A stretch of DNA of 64,000 nucleotides, taken from Escherichia phage A5-4. This document shows positions 63,990-64,000 of the stretch, in pieces; the first letter of the stretch is position 1, and every line of letters starts with the position of its first letter. Below the pieces are notes generated by a model that did not search any database, had not been told where the DNA came from, and was given only the letters and a program-made list of their open reading frames with translations. A program made the position numbers and the translations under genes. The stretch lies in sequence record OP744025, one strand, 5' to 3'.

Positions 63990-64000
63990 TTAAGTAGGCA

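Overview
64-kb segment of a virulent tailed-phage (Caudoviricetes) genome with E. coli-type sigma70 promoters and no recognisable host genes. All calls come from reading the sequence and the supplied ORF track; no database search was run, so product names are motif-based. Layout: (i) 1-1277, end of a leftward unit (lipoprotein and unknowns). (ii) 1398-10449, rightward unit: HD-domain (SpoT-like) hydrolase, a MoxR-type AAA+ ATPase and a VWA/HExxH protein (CobS/CobT-like pair) split by an HNH homing endonuclease, then about 12 unknown ORFs. (iii) 10450-11270, non-coding iteron-like repeats. (iv) 11650-25430, a 14-kb array of about 43 small rightward ORFs, most preceded by a cassette of sigma70 promoter plus GC-rich 5' stem-loop (PeSL-like), with duplicated cassettes and paralogous ORFs. 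(v) 25440-27250, 1.8 kb of repeat-dense non-coding DNA between convergent terminators. (vi) 27265-64000, a long leftward unit: many small ORFs with tandem paralog families, three tandem RCC1-like beta-propeller paralogs, a tRNA/translation-maintenance cluster (class-II aaRS-like protein, Pol-beta nucleotidyltransferase, PTH2-like peptidyl-tRNA hydrolase, CCA-adding enzyme), phage Dam-type methyltransferase, ClpP-like peptidase, DprA-like protein, nrdG, nrdD, phoH, M15 peptidase, glutaredoxin, nrdB, an inserted two-ORF cassette, nrdA, ThyX-like protein, HAD nucleotidase, dNMP kinase, HTH-DEDD exonuclease and endonuclease VII. No tRNA, rRNA or CRISPR array was found by eye. CDS coordinates follow the ORF track unless the evidence says a start was moved to an internal ATG with a better RBS. 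Coordinates of promoters, hairpins and repeats were counted by hand and may be off by 1-2 nt. Small ORFs under 60 aa are only partly enumerated.
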